Origin: Saccostrea cucullata
Lineage: Eukaryota
Direction: 5' to 3'
Assembly (NCBI RefSeq): GCF_032062105.1
Contig: NW_026919181.1
Coordinates: forward strand, 1 to 64,000
Length of the DNA: 64,000 nucleotides
The translations under genes and the position numbers were made by a program. Positions 37,431 through 49,744 of the stretch are shown here, one piece after another (the first letter of the stretch is position 1; every line of letters begins with the position of its first letter). A model generated the notes under the pieces. That model saw nothing but the letters and a program-made list of their open reading frames with translations, searched no databases and was not told where the DNA came from.

Positions 37431-39712
37431 TCACAAGGTTCAAGAATAGTTCTGCGACCATTCTCAATAATAAAGGTCTTGTACACTGTGGCGACTTTCG
37501 GAATGTGTTTTCCAGATAAACATGTATCACCGATAATCGTCCAGCCTAATGGTGACCTTTGAGCGAAAGTTTCCTCTTCCTGTCCTATTCGTTGTTCTAT
37601 CACATGGTGAGCTTGAGGAAGATCTCTTCCTATCAGTAACATGATTTTCTTTGAAGTGTCGACTGGTGAAAAGGAACTCGCAATATCTCGCATATGTGAA
37701 TAATGAACTGCCACTTCTGGGGTGGGAATCTCTAGATAGTTGTTTGGTATTTCATCACATTCTAGGACACATGGAAGTTGAAGTCTTGTGTGACGGTCTG
37801 CTGACTCAATGAACAATCCTGATGCTGTTCTGCCTGATATCATCACCTGTCCAGAACAAGATGTCATCAGATACTGTATTGTCTGTGAATTTATGCCCAA
37901 CAAGTCAAACAGTTCTTTCTTTGCTAAAGTCTTGTTACTTTGATCATCTAACATAGCATATAAGGAAACAGCTTTTCTATAATAGGTCACTGTTGCAGGA
38001 ACTATCCTGGCACAGGATTTTCCTTTGAATTCCCCACTAATTTCTGTACAGCTACTGTTCACTGTTGTCACATGTTCACTGGGAATAAGGGGTTGTTTAG
38101 GGGGTTCCTCCCCGCCATGGACTGGTGCACGTTTCTGTTTCTCAACACTGCCACTGGAAGCTGAAGCGCTGTCCACATGCAATGCTGTGATGTGAGATTC
38201 ACTTCCGCAGTCTTTGCACTTAATGTTTGCCTTGCAGTCAACTTTTCTGTGAGTTCCAGAACAACAACGAAAACACAGTCCATGCTCTCGCATTAGTCTC
38301 CTGCGTTCTTCCAGAGATTTTGACTTGAACACTCTACAGTTAGCAACACTGTGTTTCACCCCAGGTCCCTTATGAATCACACATCCATCATCCTTATGAT
38401 CTTGGGAATTAGCTGTTTCATTCTGTTGGGTCACAGTTGTCTTTTTGGTGCTCACTTTTCCCTTGAATGCGGTCAATGGTTGTGGGTTACTGTCACTGTG
38501 ATACTTAAAACTGGGATCATTTCTGATTCTGCTCATCTCCTTGATAAAGTCAACAAATATGTTAAAGGGAGGAAAAATGGCTCCATGTGTATTTTTATAT
38601 TTTACCGCACGGTTGGTCCACTTTTCCTGTATGGAATACGGCAATTTGGTAATTATTGTCCTTATTCCCACTGAAGAGTCCAGATAAGATAACATGCATG
38701 AATATTTGGGATCCTCCTTTAGAAACTGTAACTCCCTGAGGATGTCAGATAACTCGTAAAGTTTCTCGTCGTCCTTGTTTCCTAGTTTCGGAAAGTTGGA
38801 GAGTTTGGCCCTAATGGAAGCTTCTACAAGTTCTGGAGCCCCATAGCGTTCGTCAAGGCGATCCCAGAGCCTTTGTAATCCCTTAGACAAATCAAAGATA
38901 TTTGATGTCTTGATGCTTAATGCATGTTTTCTTGATTCTGGTCCTAGATATTTGATCAGGAGATCCATTTGTTCGGACGCCATAATTTGTAATTCGTTCA
39001 CAACAGAAAGGAAACTTGATTTCCATGCACAGTATGATTCTGGTTTGTCATTAAAGCTAGAAAGTCTAGAAAAGAGTAAGTCCTTCCTAAGTAGAAATCG
39101 AGTTACGCCAGCCACTTGAGGTGAGGTCTGTTGATGTGGAATATATGGTTGTGCATACGGGTTCATATGTATGACAGGAGAAGCCTGTATATCAACATGA
39201 CTCGTTGTTCCTTGGGTCAGTGGAGGTTTGGTTTCCTTGACCACAGCTGATATTGGTGACATACATCCCATAGTAGATTCCAGCATCTGACATTCCGCCT
39301 CTGCCTCTTCTGCCTCTCTCTGCAGGTTCAGCACCTCGAGCTCTACTTCTATCTCTGCTTGCTTCTTTCGTAGTTCTAATTCCTTTATCGCATACTGAAT
39401 TTTCGCCTTGGCTGCCTTTGCCTCTGCTCTTTTCCTTGCGAGATCTTCAGTGAAGAGAGTAAAATTACCACTTGACTGAGAAGGAATACTGTCAGTACTT
39501 CCATTGCCATCATGGTCCTTTACTTCTGACAACTGGGAATGAACACTGTGAATACTTCCATTGCCCTTAAGGTCCACTTTGTTCTTTACAGGGTCTGCCT
39601 GTGTAATGTTGTGGTCATCCTTGTTGGACAATGAGGCATTGGTCTCTGGTAGTGTTCCATCACCATGTTCCAAGGTTGATTCAGTTCCTGTTTTCTCCCC
39701 CTGTGTGCTCAT
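37364..39712 (-). CDS. gag: BEL/Pao gag-protease ORF (782 aa), ends at the RT deletion
   Basis: Coiled coil, BEL gag core (LWDRLDERYGAPE), Cys/His knuckles (CVIH...HSVANC; CFRCC..H...C; CKDC...HITALH), aspartic-protease-like YAMLDDQSNKTL. Confidence 0.92.
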   Translation of the reverse strand: MSTQGEKTGTESTLEHGDGTLPETNASLSNKDDHNITQADPVKNKVDLKGNGSIHSVHSQLSEVKDHDGNGSTDSIPSQSSGNFTLFTEDLARKRAEAKAAKAKIQYAIKELELRKKQAEIEVELEVLNLQREAEEAEAECQMLESTMGCMSPISAVVKETKPPLTQGTTSHVDIQASPVIHMNPYAQPYIPHQQTSPQVAGVTRFLLRKDLLFSRLSSFNDKPESYCAWKSSFLSVVNELQIMASEQMDLLIKYLGPESRKHALSIKTSNIFDLSKGLQRLWDRLDERYGAPELVEASIRAKLSNFPKLGNKDDEKLYELSDILRELQFLKEDPKYSCMLSYLDSSVGIRTIITKLPYSIQEKWTNRAVKYKNTHGAIFPPFNIFVDFIKEMSRIRNDPSFKYHSDSNPQPLTAFKGKVSTKKTTVTQQNETANSQDHKDDGCVIHKGPGVKHSVANCRVFKSKSLEERRRLMREHGLCFRCCSGTHRKVDCKANIKCKDCGSESHITALHVDSASASSGSVEKQKRAPVHGGEEPPKQPLIPSEHVTTVNSSCTEISGEFKGKSCARIVPATVTYYRKAVSLYAMLDDQSNKTLAKKELFDLLGINSQTIQYLMTSCSGQVMISGRTASGLFIESADRHTRLQLPCVLECDEIPNNYLEIPTPEVAVHYSHMRDIASSFSPVDTSKKIMLLIGRDLPQAHHVIEQRIGQEEETFAQRSPLGWTIIGDTCLSGKHIPKVATVYKTFIIENGRRTILEPCDQSWHSVELDYRFVQIQHYNRR

Positions 39713-39728
39713 TCTGAAGTCTTTTTAC

Positions 39729-40345
39729 TATTCTGCCGCAATACTGACTTTATTCAACACTCAGCAGAAAGATAACCATATGAGAATATGGTAAAAAGCT
39801 GTAATATAACAAAATAAGAAAAATTTATGACAGCTATGGCTTTCCGTAGAAAAATTTTCACAAACAGGTGTTCTTAATAGTAAAGCAAGCAGATTAATAA
39901 TTTACACAATAATAAAATTTCTTAAATTGTAAGAATAGTTAAGCGTATTGCTTCAAAAAGATAATAATACGTGTTCACTCAAAAATATAGGTGACAATAC
40001 ACGATTCAAAAAACTGATGTACATAATGGCGCACCATACCTTGAGCACATGGAATTCATAGATTTACAAAAATTAAGAAAATGCAAAAGTTAGCATCTAT
40101 AGCATTTAACACACAAGTAAAATAGATAAAGACCAAGAAATTTAACATAAAATAAAATGTATTATCAACTTACACTGTAGATAGCCAGGGTTCCGACAGA
40201 AAGACAAAAATCAACAAAGTATGGCGCCAATCTTAAACGTCAAATTAAGTCGTACGAAAAATATTAGTTCGTACTTCAAACGATTCTATTAAAAAAAATA
40301 CACTGAATAGCCAAAATAGGAAAAATTGAAAATGAAGCCAAAACA
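39729..40345 (-). repeat. 5' LTR of BEL/Pao element
   Basis: Begins TGTTTTGG and ends GCAGAATA on the - strand. Confidence 0.96.
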
Positions 40346-40738
40346 AGCATTGAATGTCTCTTAACAGATCAATTATCATGCTAAAAACTCAATCATCACT
40401 GAACTGATAATCCCATTGCTGTTATCAGTGTGGAATAATATTTTGTTTAACGTGCCATTAAATTTTGGATAAATATTATTAAATATGCTCAAATATGATT
40501 TTATTTGTTTTGGTTGATAAAAGAATCCTTATAAGTTCAGGGTCGGGTTTTATTTCTACATGTAAATGCTAACAGAAAATAAAATTCAATGCTGAAAATA
40601 CATGACATAAAACCTCAACAATATGCTTGCATTTCGTTTTATTTTGGCCGCAGTGCAGGGGATGGGGGTGGGGGTGCCCTTATATATTTCCGTAACATGT
40701 AGGTTTCACAAGGCTTAGCATATCCAAGCTCCTGGCAC

Positions 40739-41161
40739 CAGGCACGTAGCATCGTTTTTGAAAAAGAGGGGGGGGGGGGGCAGCCAGAGAATTTTTTTTT
40801 ACTTCCCTGAAAAAGTTGACAAGCCAAAAAAAAAGGATAATGTTGCACAAAGTCGAAAAACCTATTTTGTGGGGGTGGGGGTAGACCCATCTTTTTTAAA
40901 TGGCAACTACTTTCAGTACCAATTTTTATACTACGTTTTCCGTACATCACTAATAGTAGAGGGGGTAGAGGCCAAATTGTTTTAATATCAACTACTTTCA
41001 GTACCAATTTTTATACTACTTTTCTGTACATCACTAATGGTGGGGGACCAACCAGACTTTCAATTATCAATTCCTATAGTATAAGTAAGGCTGGGGAAAA
41101 AATGAAAGGCCAGGCCCCCTGCCCCCCCCCCCCCCGCCCCCCCTCGGTTGCGACGTCCCTG
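40739..41161. mobile_element. Short G/C-run-rich MITE with internal direct repeat
   Basis: CAGGCACGTAGCA ... TGCGACGTCCCTG, flanked by GGCAC on both sides; internal repeat caactactttcagtaccaatttttatactac at ~40903 and ~40989. Confidence 0.6.
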
Positions 41162-43240
41162 GGCACGGGACCAGAATGGAATTCATACTCTTTAAAACTC
41201 ACTTTATAGAATAAATTAGAAAACAACATTAGAATGAAGGGGATTTTTTTTTAAATTAAGTTATTAATAATATGATGATTTTCTAAGATGTTTACATCCC
41301 TACAAAAATCTTACATTTCAAAGCTCAGCCAGTTCACAGACAATTGTCAGGAAATATGTTATACAAAACAGTCATATTCAACTGACTGTATATTTAGGCA
41401 TAAACAATTACATGTCATTAATCTTTAACCCACCCCTACCACAACAAAAGCTATTCATATAAACCGTAAATGGCAACTTTAATTTAATTCTATGGGTGTG
41501 CTTCTAAACCCATCCATTTCATAAAATAAAACCAGATTTTCTAATTCTAGGGTATCATAATATACATGATTAACAATACTGAATTCATAGCAAGTTCCAG
41601 GCTCATAATTTTTATGATCGCTGTGCGATTTTGAAAATGGCAATGCTCAGAATTAAAGGTACAAATACAAAATGAAGACTAATAGGCAGAATTATTTCGA
41701 ATCTAAATTTTAAAAAAAGTGAATCTGCAAGTTGTAGGGTAAATGGTACTAGGTGCACCTAAAACTTTTGAAGTAAAAAAAAATATTTTTTATTTATTTT
41801 AACTCGTGTTCACAAGAATTGTAAGTTTCTGCAATTTAGATTTTTACCCCCCCCCCTCACCAACATACACATTATCCTACAAATGTTAATCCTGGGTTTA
41901 TCTATTGTGTAAATGATAGCGGATTACAACTCATTCATTTGTTTTTAAAATTTCCACCTTTTGATTGGTAAATATTAAAATATTTTACTACTACACTGAA
42001 AAATATTTTGTGTATCCTTTATATTTTCAAAAAAGCAGTATCATTATTGACCCAATGCAGACAGATAACCTTATAGATGCAGTTAATCAACCGTTTTTCC
42101 TTTTTATTTACTGTCTATTGTGTGTCGTAATTACAAATGTACATGTTACATGTACCACACTTCACAATTTTTCTGTCTATATATAAAATTTAGAAAGAAA
42201 GAACAATCAAATAAATAAATAAATAAATAAATAAAAAAAAAATAAATTTTTACTTCACAGTTTCGCAGTAGCATTTGGGTAGCGTAATGTTGTTCCAGAT
42301 ATAATTAATTTTTTTTTTCACATATATGGTAACTTAAGATATATCGTTTGTGCTGAAATCTTGACCTATCGAGAGCAATGTTTAAATTAAATCAATTTTC
42401 AAATGAATTCTACAGGCTTATCAAATTACTCTTGCATGGATTACCAGTAAATACTTTGTTTGAGAAAATAATTGTTCAAAAAACAATGAATGGATGTTGC
42501 CCACTGTTCAGGTCTCTCCCTGGTGTCATAGAAAAGTGAAATGTAAAACAAACACTCACTTATAATACTATACTCCACTGATGAATCCATAATATATAAT
42601 TAACTATTAAATAACTATTAATAATTAAAAGAGACAATGAAATAAAAATAATGTGCATAGAAAAATATTAAATATTTTACAACTATTAATCAAAGTAGTA
42701 AAATTACAGATGAAAATCATTTAACGTTCACTCTGAAAACGTATGACGTTGTTGAAAAACATGACGTCATTATTAATCTGTTAAAGTATATTTGATAAAA
42801 ATGAAGAAAAAACCTACTTAGAGTTGACGTAGGACCATAAAAATTCATATTTGACAACTTCTAACCTTATTCTATCAGAATCCGTGAAAAACTCAAAATG
42901 CATAAAAATTGCCATAAGGACCCTTTTCACATGGGCGCAATCATATTTGAAAGTGACCATGGAACTTAATATGATTGACTTTTGTTTGCTTCAGATGGAT
43001 AAAATCTTTTCCTTTTTTTGATATCGTGAACGGAATTCGACAGAAGTTGTTGCCTGACTTATGTTTGTCATCAGATTCTGAAAGTTTAATTTGATTTAAT
43101 TTAATTAATTTAATCAATATTTTATTATGTAAGATTACATAATTGGATTGGACATCAGGCATGGCCTATATAAGTCCTCTCCAAGAAAGTTAGGAGCTGG
43201 ATAAATATCTCATTGAAAATTTTACTCTTACTCCAAAAAA

Positions 43241-43554
43241 ATGTACTTTCCTTCTCTTCTACTTATCTTAATATCTTATCCTTCATGTTATGTTTCACAA
43301 ATATAATTTTTTTTTATAACCAGTGACACTTTTTGAACTGCAAGGAGACGGATAAATAAAAAAGTAACTATATACATTTAAACCCGTGAATCCTCCACTC
43401 AATTAGTTTGATGTCAACATCCGCCAGTTACTTATTTTATTATGTATATTTCAATCAATAGTACTGCATTATTTCTTCAGTCTTGATTTTAAAAAGTTCA
43501 GTCATTTTATGAGCAAAACTCCCTCCTCTTGGTAACATTATATATCAAAGGACG
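43241..43554 (+). pseudogene. Possible heavily decayed first exon (signal peptide + PAN) of another FReD paralogue
   Basis: TATATAAG at ~43167. MYFPSLLLILISYPSCYVS is followed by DK*KSNY-x8-HS, the same spacing as NDKKSNY-x8-HS in gene 1, and SW*HYISKD versus GWRYYSDD. Multiple stops. Confidence 0.35.
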
Positions 43555-44294
43555 AAAAGGCGTGATTCGATCTGCAAATAGTTTAAAAGTGTTGACGACC
43601 CAGATTGTTTGCTATTCTATGTAAAGGGTAAATAAAAAGGGTAAATAATAATGGAATTGTTTTCATTGGAAAATTGTCACTGCAAAGATAAAAAGAAGTA
43701 TTGAGGGTAAGCCTATTTAACACAAAGAATGTCAATTTATTATGCGTACCCCAATACACCAGTGGGTATCGTTTATGGTAAACACCCTACGGATAAAAGG
43801 ATTGAACAAATAGGAATAGAATGTTAATTTATATCTTCCTTGTAAGGCTTTATTATGTAGTTTTATAATAAATAATTAACCTGCACAGGCATTCAAAGTG
43901 TTTGTTCTAATTACACTGTTTTTCATCACAACAAAAGGTTTACTTCCAATCAATTGTGTCATTTCCAAACTATTGTCACGAATGTTCAAGATACAGGTTC
44001 CTTATATTTTCAACTAAATATTGATGTTAAATTATAAGCTCCAGAGACATTTTTGTAATGGCGTGAATAATTGAAATCAGACTGAATTGTAAAGTTTAAA
44101 TTATGACTGATACGGAGAAAATCGAGTGTAACTATGAGTTCTGAAGTAATCAATACCCTAACATCCGCCTTCAATATTATTATATATTATAAATCTATTT
44201 AGTGCTCTGGGAAACCCCAAATAAATGTCCAATAAAATTGTAAAAAGAGATGTAAAATTGCTTTATTATAAGTCCAACTTTTGAATTCAAATGA

Positions 44295-45505
44295 AATATG
44301 AAGCGGAAATTGTCCAAAATCGTATACAGGCAAAGAAAAAAAAAACTGTGGTCTTCAACTCGACATTTAGATTCATCAATGACGTGTTGTCAACAATGGT
44401 AATTTCCATTCGTATGTCGATACAATGCATCCTGGTGAGCTTCAGGTAAAAGATATCACAGAAATTGAAACAGCTGCTCCAAATATGAATACTTTACATG
44501 GGAATGACGGAAACGGTAATATAAGAATCAAGCTCTATGATAAAGGAGATAAATTGAACTTTTCTATAGATAACTTCTCTTACTTTTGCAGCAATATACC
44601 TTTATTCCTTTCTGCGTTACTACCCACTAAGATATTAACAGTAATGAAGGAAAAACGTTAAGAATACTGTGCAACAATATATACAAGAAGTCACGTGAAT
44701 CAGATGTAGATACTTTAAAATTCAAAAGGACTTTTGAATATTTTGAAAACACAAGATTATACCAAAATCAACAGCTTAAAACTTATGACTTTTCAACTTT
44801 ATACACAACCATTACCACGATAAATAAAAATCAAAGTTCTATGATATCATTGACAGCTGCTTTTCCAATTAAAATAGAGCTCGTAAGTTCACTTACCCGG
44901 TTATTGGTCATTGGCAAAATTATTTTCTTAAAACGCATTAGGACTGCACACAGAAGTACTCTGATGTTGAAATCAAAGAGATGCTTGAGTTTATGATTGA
45001 CAGTATCTATATGTGGTTAATGGATACCAGGTATTCCAACAAATTCTTAAAGATACCAATTGCGTTATAAGCAGATCTATTTTAATCTTCATATGAAGCA
45101 GTATTTATGCAAGATATTATGCGCAAAAGGAAGAAAAGACTTGATATGGTCTTCAACTCGACATTAATTAACAATGGTCAGTCAGGAGAGCTTGAGATAA
45201 AAGATAGCACAGAGTAGGAGACGTCTATTTCATTCTTGAATATTTCTTTTGAAAAAAAAAAAACATTAATGGTAATCTAACAAAGAAGCTATATGATAAA
45301 CATGACAGTATCACCTGCTAACTGAATATATATATATATATATATATCTCAGTTGGGTATATATTGGTAAATTATTAACAAGCAAGTAGATGAAACAAAA
45401 ATATCAGGAGTCTTGTTTAAAGTTGTCATTTCATAAGTTCTATGGTCGATACAATGACCTTGTCATAAAATAAAATTTATCATTTAGTCAAATGCTGACT
45501 GGCAA
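44295..45505 (+). mobile_element. Two old, tandem Penelope-like (Naiad-type) RT fragments
   Basis: ORF 44425..44661 (HPGELQVKD...KLYDKGD..NFS...CSNIP); KTYDFSTLYTTI motif at ~44778-44813; ttctatggtcgatacaatgacc at ~45438. Confidence 0.82.
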
Positions 45506-45934
45506 TGTCCCCAAAATTAAAAAAAAGATAGGCAATGTCAATGTTTTACTATCACAAGTCCGCCAATATATAAGAAGCTGGGTCAATGTTCTGCTATGAC
45601 AAACCCCTCAAAAGTAAAGAAAAAGACATGTCTGTGAAACAGAGAAAAGACTAAATATCTTGTAGCAAGACAACTGTGGAATTGATTTGAATACCATTTT
45701 TGTGTATACTCATGCGTAGAAATATGCATGAAGAAAGGTGAACTAACGTGACATCACAATTAAGCTACATAAACTTAAGTAAAAATGTACCAATAAAGGA
45801 CCGCGAGCTATTTAAATATTGGATATATTTTTGATGCTTTAAGATATGTTAAAAGTAAATATAAGGAATGTTTTAGAATGAATTGTGAATTATCGGTGTT
45901 AAAATCATACAAAACTGATCACACCATATAAACC

Positions 45935-46114
45935 GAGGCCCCGAGTCGCAGTAGGTGCTGGCACAAAAAAAAGATCCCTAACTGCTCAAAGGCCCTGATT
46001 GCGGAGCATAGGACAAAATTTGAAGCCCTTCACCGGCAAGTGGTGGCGTCTCCATATGAGGGAAAAATTCTTGAGAGGGACGTAAAACAACATACAACTT
46101 TCAATCAATCAATC
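45935..46114 (+). mobile_element. 5'-truncated SINE (resembles bivalve Meta-domain SINEs)
   Basis: gtaggtgctggcac...aaagatccctaactgctcaaaggcc core, gggacgtaaaacaa tail and (caat)n end; family recognised from memory. Confidence 0.7.
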
Positions 46115-46787
46115 ACACAAAACTGGCACTTACACATATTTTTATGATGTTGTAGCGTGAGATGTCTCTATGTTTACTCACCAATATTTCACACAAAACA
46201 AAAACTTTCATATCAATTTAAACGCAAGCAACAAGACAAAGTAGTTGTTGTAGTAATGATCATGAAAATCTTCTGACAAATGATTGCTGTTAAATTTAGG
46301 AACCATTTCACAAGTAAGTTGTTAATAAACGTACACTCCTTTTGATGAATCTAAAAACTAATTGACACGTTTGTTGTTGTTTCTACATGTAAAATTATTC
46401 TGACGAATGCCACCCCCACCCCCTCTGCTCCAACGCCTATGGTTCTAGAAGCGAATTGACAAGTAAGGTTTTGCTTATAAACTTTATTACCTTCTGTCAA
46501 TAAATTAAGAAGCTATTTGACAATCTAGTTGCAACAAATAAAACTTAAAACAAAAAAAAAAAAATAAGTGTACAATAAATTTAGATTAATAGATTTCTTT
46601 TTTAAGTTTTCTTGTCGGGAGATACTGATAATTTATGCTTTATATCCTTCAAGAAAAGTATTTTATAGCTAAAATAAACATTATCGAAGTCCATATAAAA
46701 ACCTAATTTATACTCCCTGGGACATTTAACGTAACGGCCCTGTGCTAGTAAATTCCTCGGCGTTACAATTAAAAAATCAGGATCATA

Positions 46788-47002
46788 CCGTAAATCTGGA
46801 AATTTTTGCTGTAGATAAATTTTTAGAAAATATGCGAGTTCATTGCATTCGCAAAAATAATTTTCTTAAAAATAAATCACCAGTACGAAAATGTAAACAA
46901 AGCAGTGGTCATTTGCAAAATTTTCAAACGTTAAAATTAATTAACAACATTTTGACCCGAATTCGCAAAATAAAATTGACGTAAAAATTTTCAGATAAAC
47001 AG
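46788..47002. mobile_element. Short MITE with imperfect TIRs
   Basis: TA|CCGTAAATCTGGAAATTTT ... AAAATTTTCAGATAAACAG. Confidence 0.55.
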
Positions 47003-47025
47003 TTGTTAAAATAGCATCGCTATAA

Positions 47026-47093
47026 AGATAAGATAAGATATTATTTATTTGAAGTCGGGTATATCAACAAGGAACATAAGCTATTTTCCGACT
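47026..47093 (-). mobile_element. Short 3' tail of a LINE/SINE ending in (TCTTA)n
   Basis: - strand reads agtcgg...ccgactt (stem), caaataaataat, then (atctt)n. Confidence 0.45.
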
Positions 47094-47096
47094 ATA

Positions 47097-47889
47097 GTTA
47101 TTTTTATATTCATATGAAGCAGAATTTATGCAAAATCTTATGCATGAAAAGAAGAGAACACTTGCTGTGGCCTTCAACTCGACATTTAGATATATCGACG
47201 ACGTATTGTCAATTAATAATGATAATTTCCATTCCTACGTCGACACGATATATCCTGGTGAGCTTGAGATAAAAGATACCACAGAGTCCGACACTTCTAC
47301 TTCATACTTGGATATTTTACTTGAAAAAGTCACTAATGGTAATCTAACTACCAAGCTATATGATAAACGTGATGACTTTAACTTTTCTATCGTCAACTTC
47401 CCTTACTTATGCAGCAATATACCTTCATCACCTGCATACGGAGTATTTATATCTCAGTTGATTCGATACACAAGAGCATGCTCTACGTATGAACAATTTC
47501 TTAAACGAGGTAAATTATTGACAAGCAAGTTGATGAAACAAGAATATCAACAGTCTCGTTTAAAGTCATCATTTCGTAAATTCTATGGTCGATACAATGA
47601 CCTTGTCAGCAAATACAATTTATCATTGAATGAAATGCTGACTGACGTTTTTCATACCAATTGTTAGTCCATTATTTATACACTGAATTGACCACGGATT
47701 TTTTCCGTTATTTTCTGATTATGACAACGAGCACACGGCAGGTGTGACCGGTCGGCAGGGGATGCTCACTCCTCCATGGCACCTGATCCCACCTCTGATG
47801 TTTCGGAGGTCTGTGTTTGCTCTGCTCTTATTTTGTATATTTGTTGAATGGACGTTGAGATTGAATACTGTTCGTTATTTCCATATCCA
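47097..47889 (+). mobile_element. Penelope-like (Naiad-type) retroelement, 5'-truncated, best-preserved copy; ORF 47128..47667
   Basis: FRYIDDVLSINN, IYPGELEIKDT, SYLDILL, LYDKRDDFNF, SNIPSSPAYGVFISQLIRY. The ORF stops after the RT thumb with no C-terminal GIY-YIG, as in N-terminal-endonuclease PLEs. Confidence 0.93.
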
Positions 47890-48001
47890 TCATAGACATT
47901 TTGTTGACTTTTAATATATCTTAAAACAGGAAACTAATTTGATTTCTAATTAAGGCCTGATTAAATTTTAAATTAAAATCAATAGGCTTTTCTTAATGCA
48001 G

Positions 48002-49029
48002 GACTTCATCCATCAATTAACAAAAGAAAACTCATCATCCCTTTATGTTTCCATCACTCTCCAGAATGGTACAACGCTGAAATATACGACGGATTCTCTG
48101 TCTTCCACGAAACGGAAAAATATCAACTCTTTCTTGCAGGACCTGCCACAGGGACTTTAGGTAAGTGTATTCACGTTAATTTCTGAAAACCGGATCAAAA
48201 TCATGTATATCATCATATACTTCTTTTCATTGAAAGATTGTTTTGATGTTGATTTGGAGTAAATGATGAATTTTTTTTCAAGTATTCTGTAAACGTTTCT
48301 GATTCTATTTTAATTAAACATTTTTAATATTTCACGATCTCATTTGTAAGTACAATTCACAATTTCCAGGGACATTGAATTCGTCATTGCTGAGTCGAAG
48401 AAAATTAAAATTATAGATTTTAAAAACAAAGAAGATTATGCTGGAAAATTAGGATTATTTGTAATTTTGGGTTCAAATTACTTCACATAATTAATTATTT
48501 GACGTTGCTCTAATAGAACTCTAGGAGAAAAAATAGTAAGTTGTTAGAAGTTATTTCTTATCCTTTTGCTTGTCAATAAAGTATGTTCGAAACAAAAAAC
48601 AAAAAGATGATGCACAATTTTATAAATAAAAGACAGGACCAAAAACCACTCAAAAGCTCAGGATCGAACGTCCTTAAATGTACATCGGTATTGACAATTG
48701 GAATTCGATACAAATTATTGAAGATATTTGTATCCATTATCTCTGTGATATATTTTTCTTTGATAATTTTACAGGGGACGCTATGTTAGACACTGGTAAT
48801 TATAAAGCAGATCTGTCTGTCATTCTCCACCCCGGACAGAGACAATGACAAAGTTAGTTATAACTGTGCTGCTCTCAGTAACATTAGAGGAGGCTGGTGG
48901 TTTAACTCATGTCACCTGGCCTTCCTTAACGGTCCCTGGTCCCCGGAGTCCTGGTTCTGGCCATGGTATCCTGATGTACCAGATGGATCGTTTATAAGAG
49001 GGACAACGATGATGGTCAGACGGCACTAG
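48002..49029 (+). pseudogene. FReD pseudogene: exon 4 (48002-48160) and exon 5 (48775-49029), close paralogue of gene 1
   Basis: [33 protein letters not shown]|, [26 protein letters not shown]. Small frameshifting deletions at ~48002, ~48079 and ~48820. Intron 4 sequence is similar to gene 1 intron 4. Confidence 0.92.
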
Positions 49030-49744
49030 GGAAATATCTGTCATTCTAATTAACATCACTATATTAGAATATCAAATCTATACTTTCCAGTACCAACATA
49101 ATTATTTTTAAAAGTTTATAAGAGAAATTCGATGAGATAGTAAATGTTTATTTTCTGAATGAATATTTTATTTATTTTTTTCAAGAGATGGATATTGTTA
49201 AAAAAAAGAACAACATATTGATGAACAACAAGCAGTCTGGTGAGTCATTCTGATATAAAAGACAATTCTGTCAACCATGGGGTTATGTTTTATCATACTA
49301 CTTTTATACCAACCAAGAACTTGTAAACTATTATATTCTTAAAAAGGTCTTGTGAATGAACTGTTTTCTGAAGCAATATTTTTTTTGAATAATTTTTATA
49401 CTGAATTTTGTTGATTAAACCTTTATATCATAAAGTGTTGTAATAAAATTTACTTTTGATATATCAAATGTTTGACTTTTATTTACGAATACTAGCACAA
49501 AAGGTTCTTGGAAGGACAGTTGGGATAATGATAAGTGCATTATAAAACTTATTGCAATGCAATATGTCTTATCTGCAATCTACATTGAATTTCTTTTTCT
49601 GCGACGAATCCAGGAAATCCTAAGGGAGTGGCAATAGAAGGTAGGGGTCTTGGAGCCGCATTGAAGACTCCAGTTTGTTAAGATGGGAGTGAAGGAGCTA
49701 AACCACCTTGAACACGTAGGATATTCTAACAACTAAGCGATGGA

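Larger units (their letters stand above)
34383..40345 (-). mobile_element. BEL/Pao LTR retrotransposon, 5963 bp, RT domain deleted
   Basis: Two 617-bp LTRs, 5-bp TSD AGCAT (34378-34382 and 40346-40350), PPT cagacggggag next to the 3' LTR, and gag-protease-RNase H-integrase order. Confidence 0.96.
32782..42942. mobile_element. TIR DNA transposon with 4-bp TSD (Sola-like, non-autonomous, ~4 kb excluding inserts) hosting the BEL element
   Basis: ATAT|GATTGCGCCCATGACAAAAGGGTCCTTATGGCA ... TGCCATAAGGACCCTTTTCACATGGGCGCAATC|ATAT; superfamily assignment is tentative. Confidence 0.8.

Noticed and set aside
35633-39794. Several + strand ORFs within the BEL element
   Set aside because: They are antisense shadows of gag/pol with no recognisable motifs.
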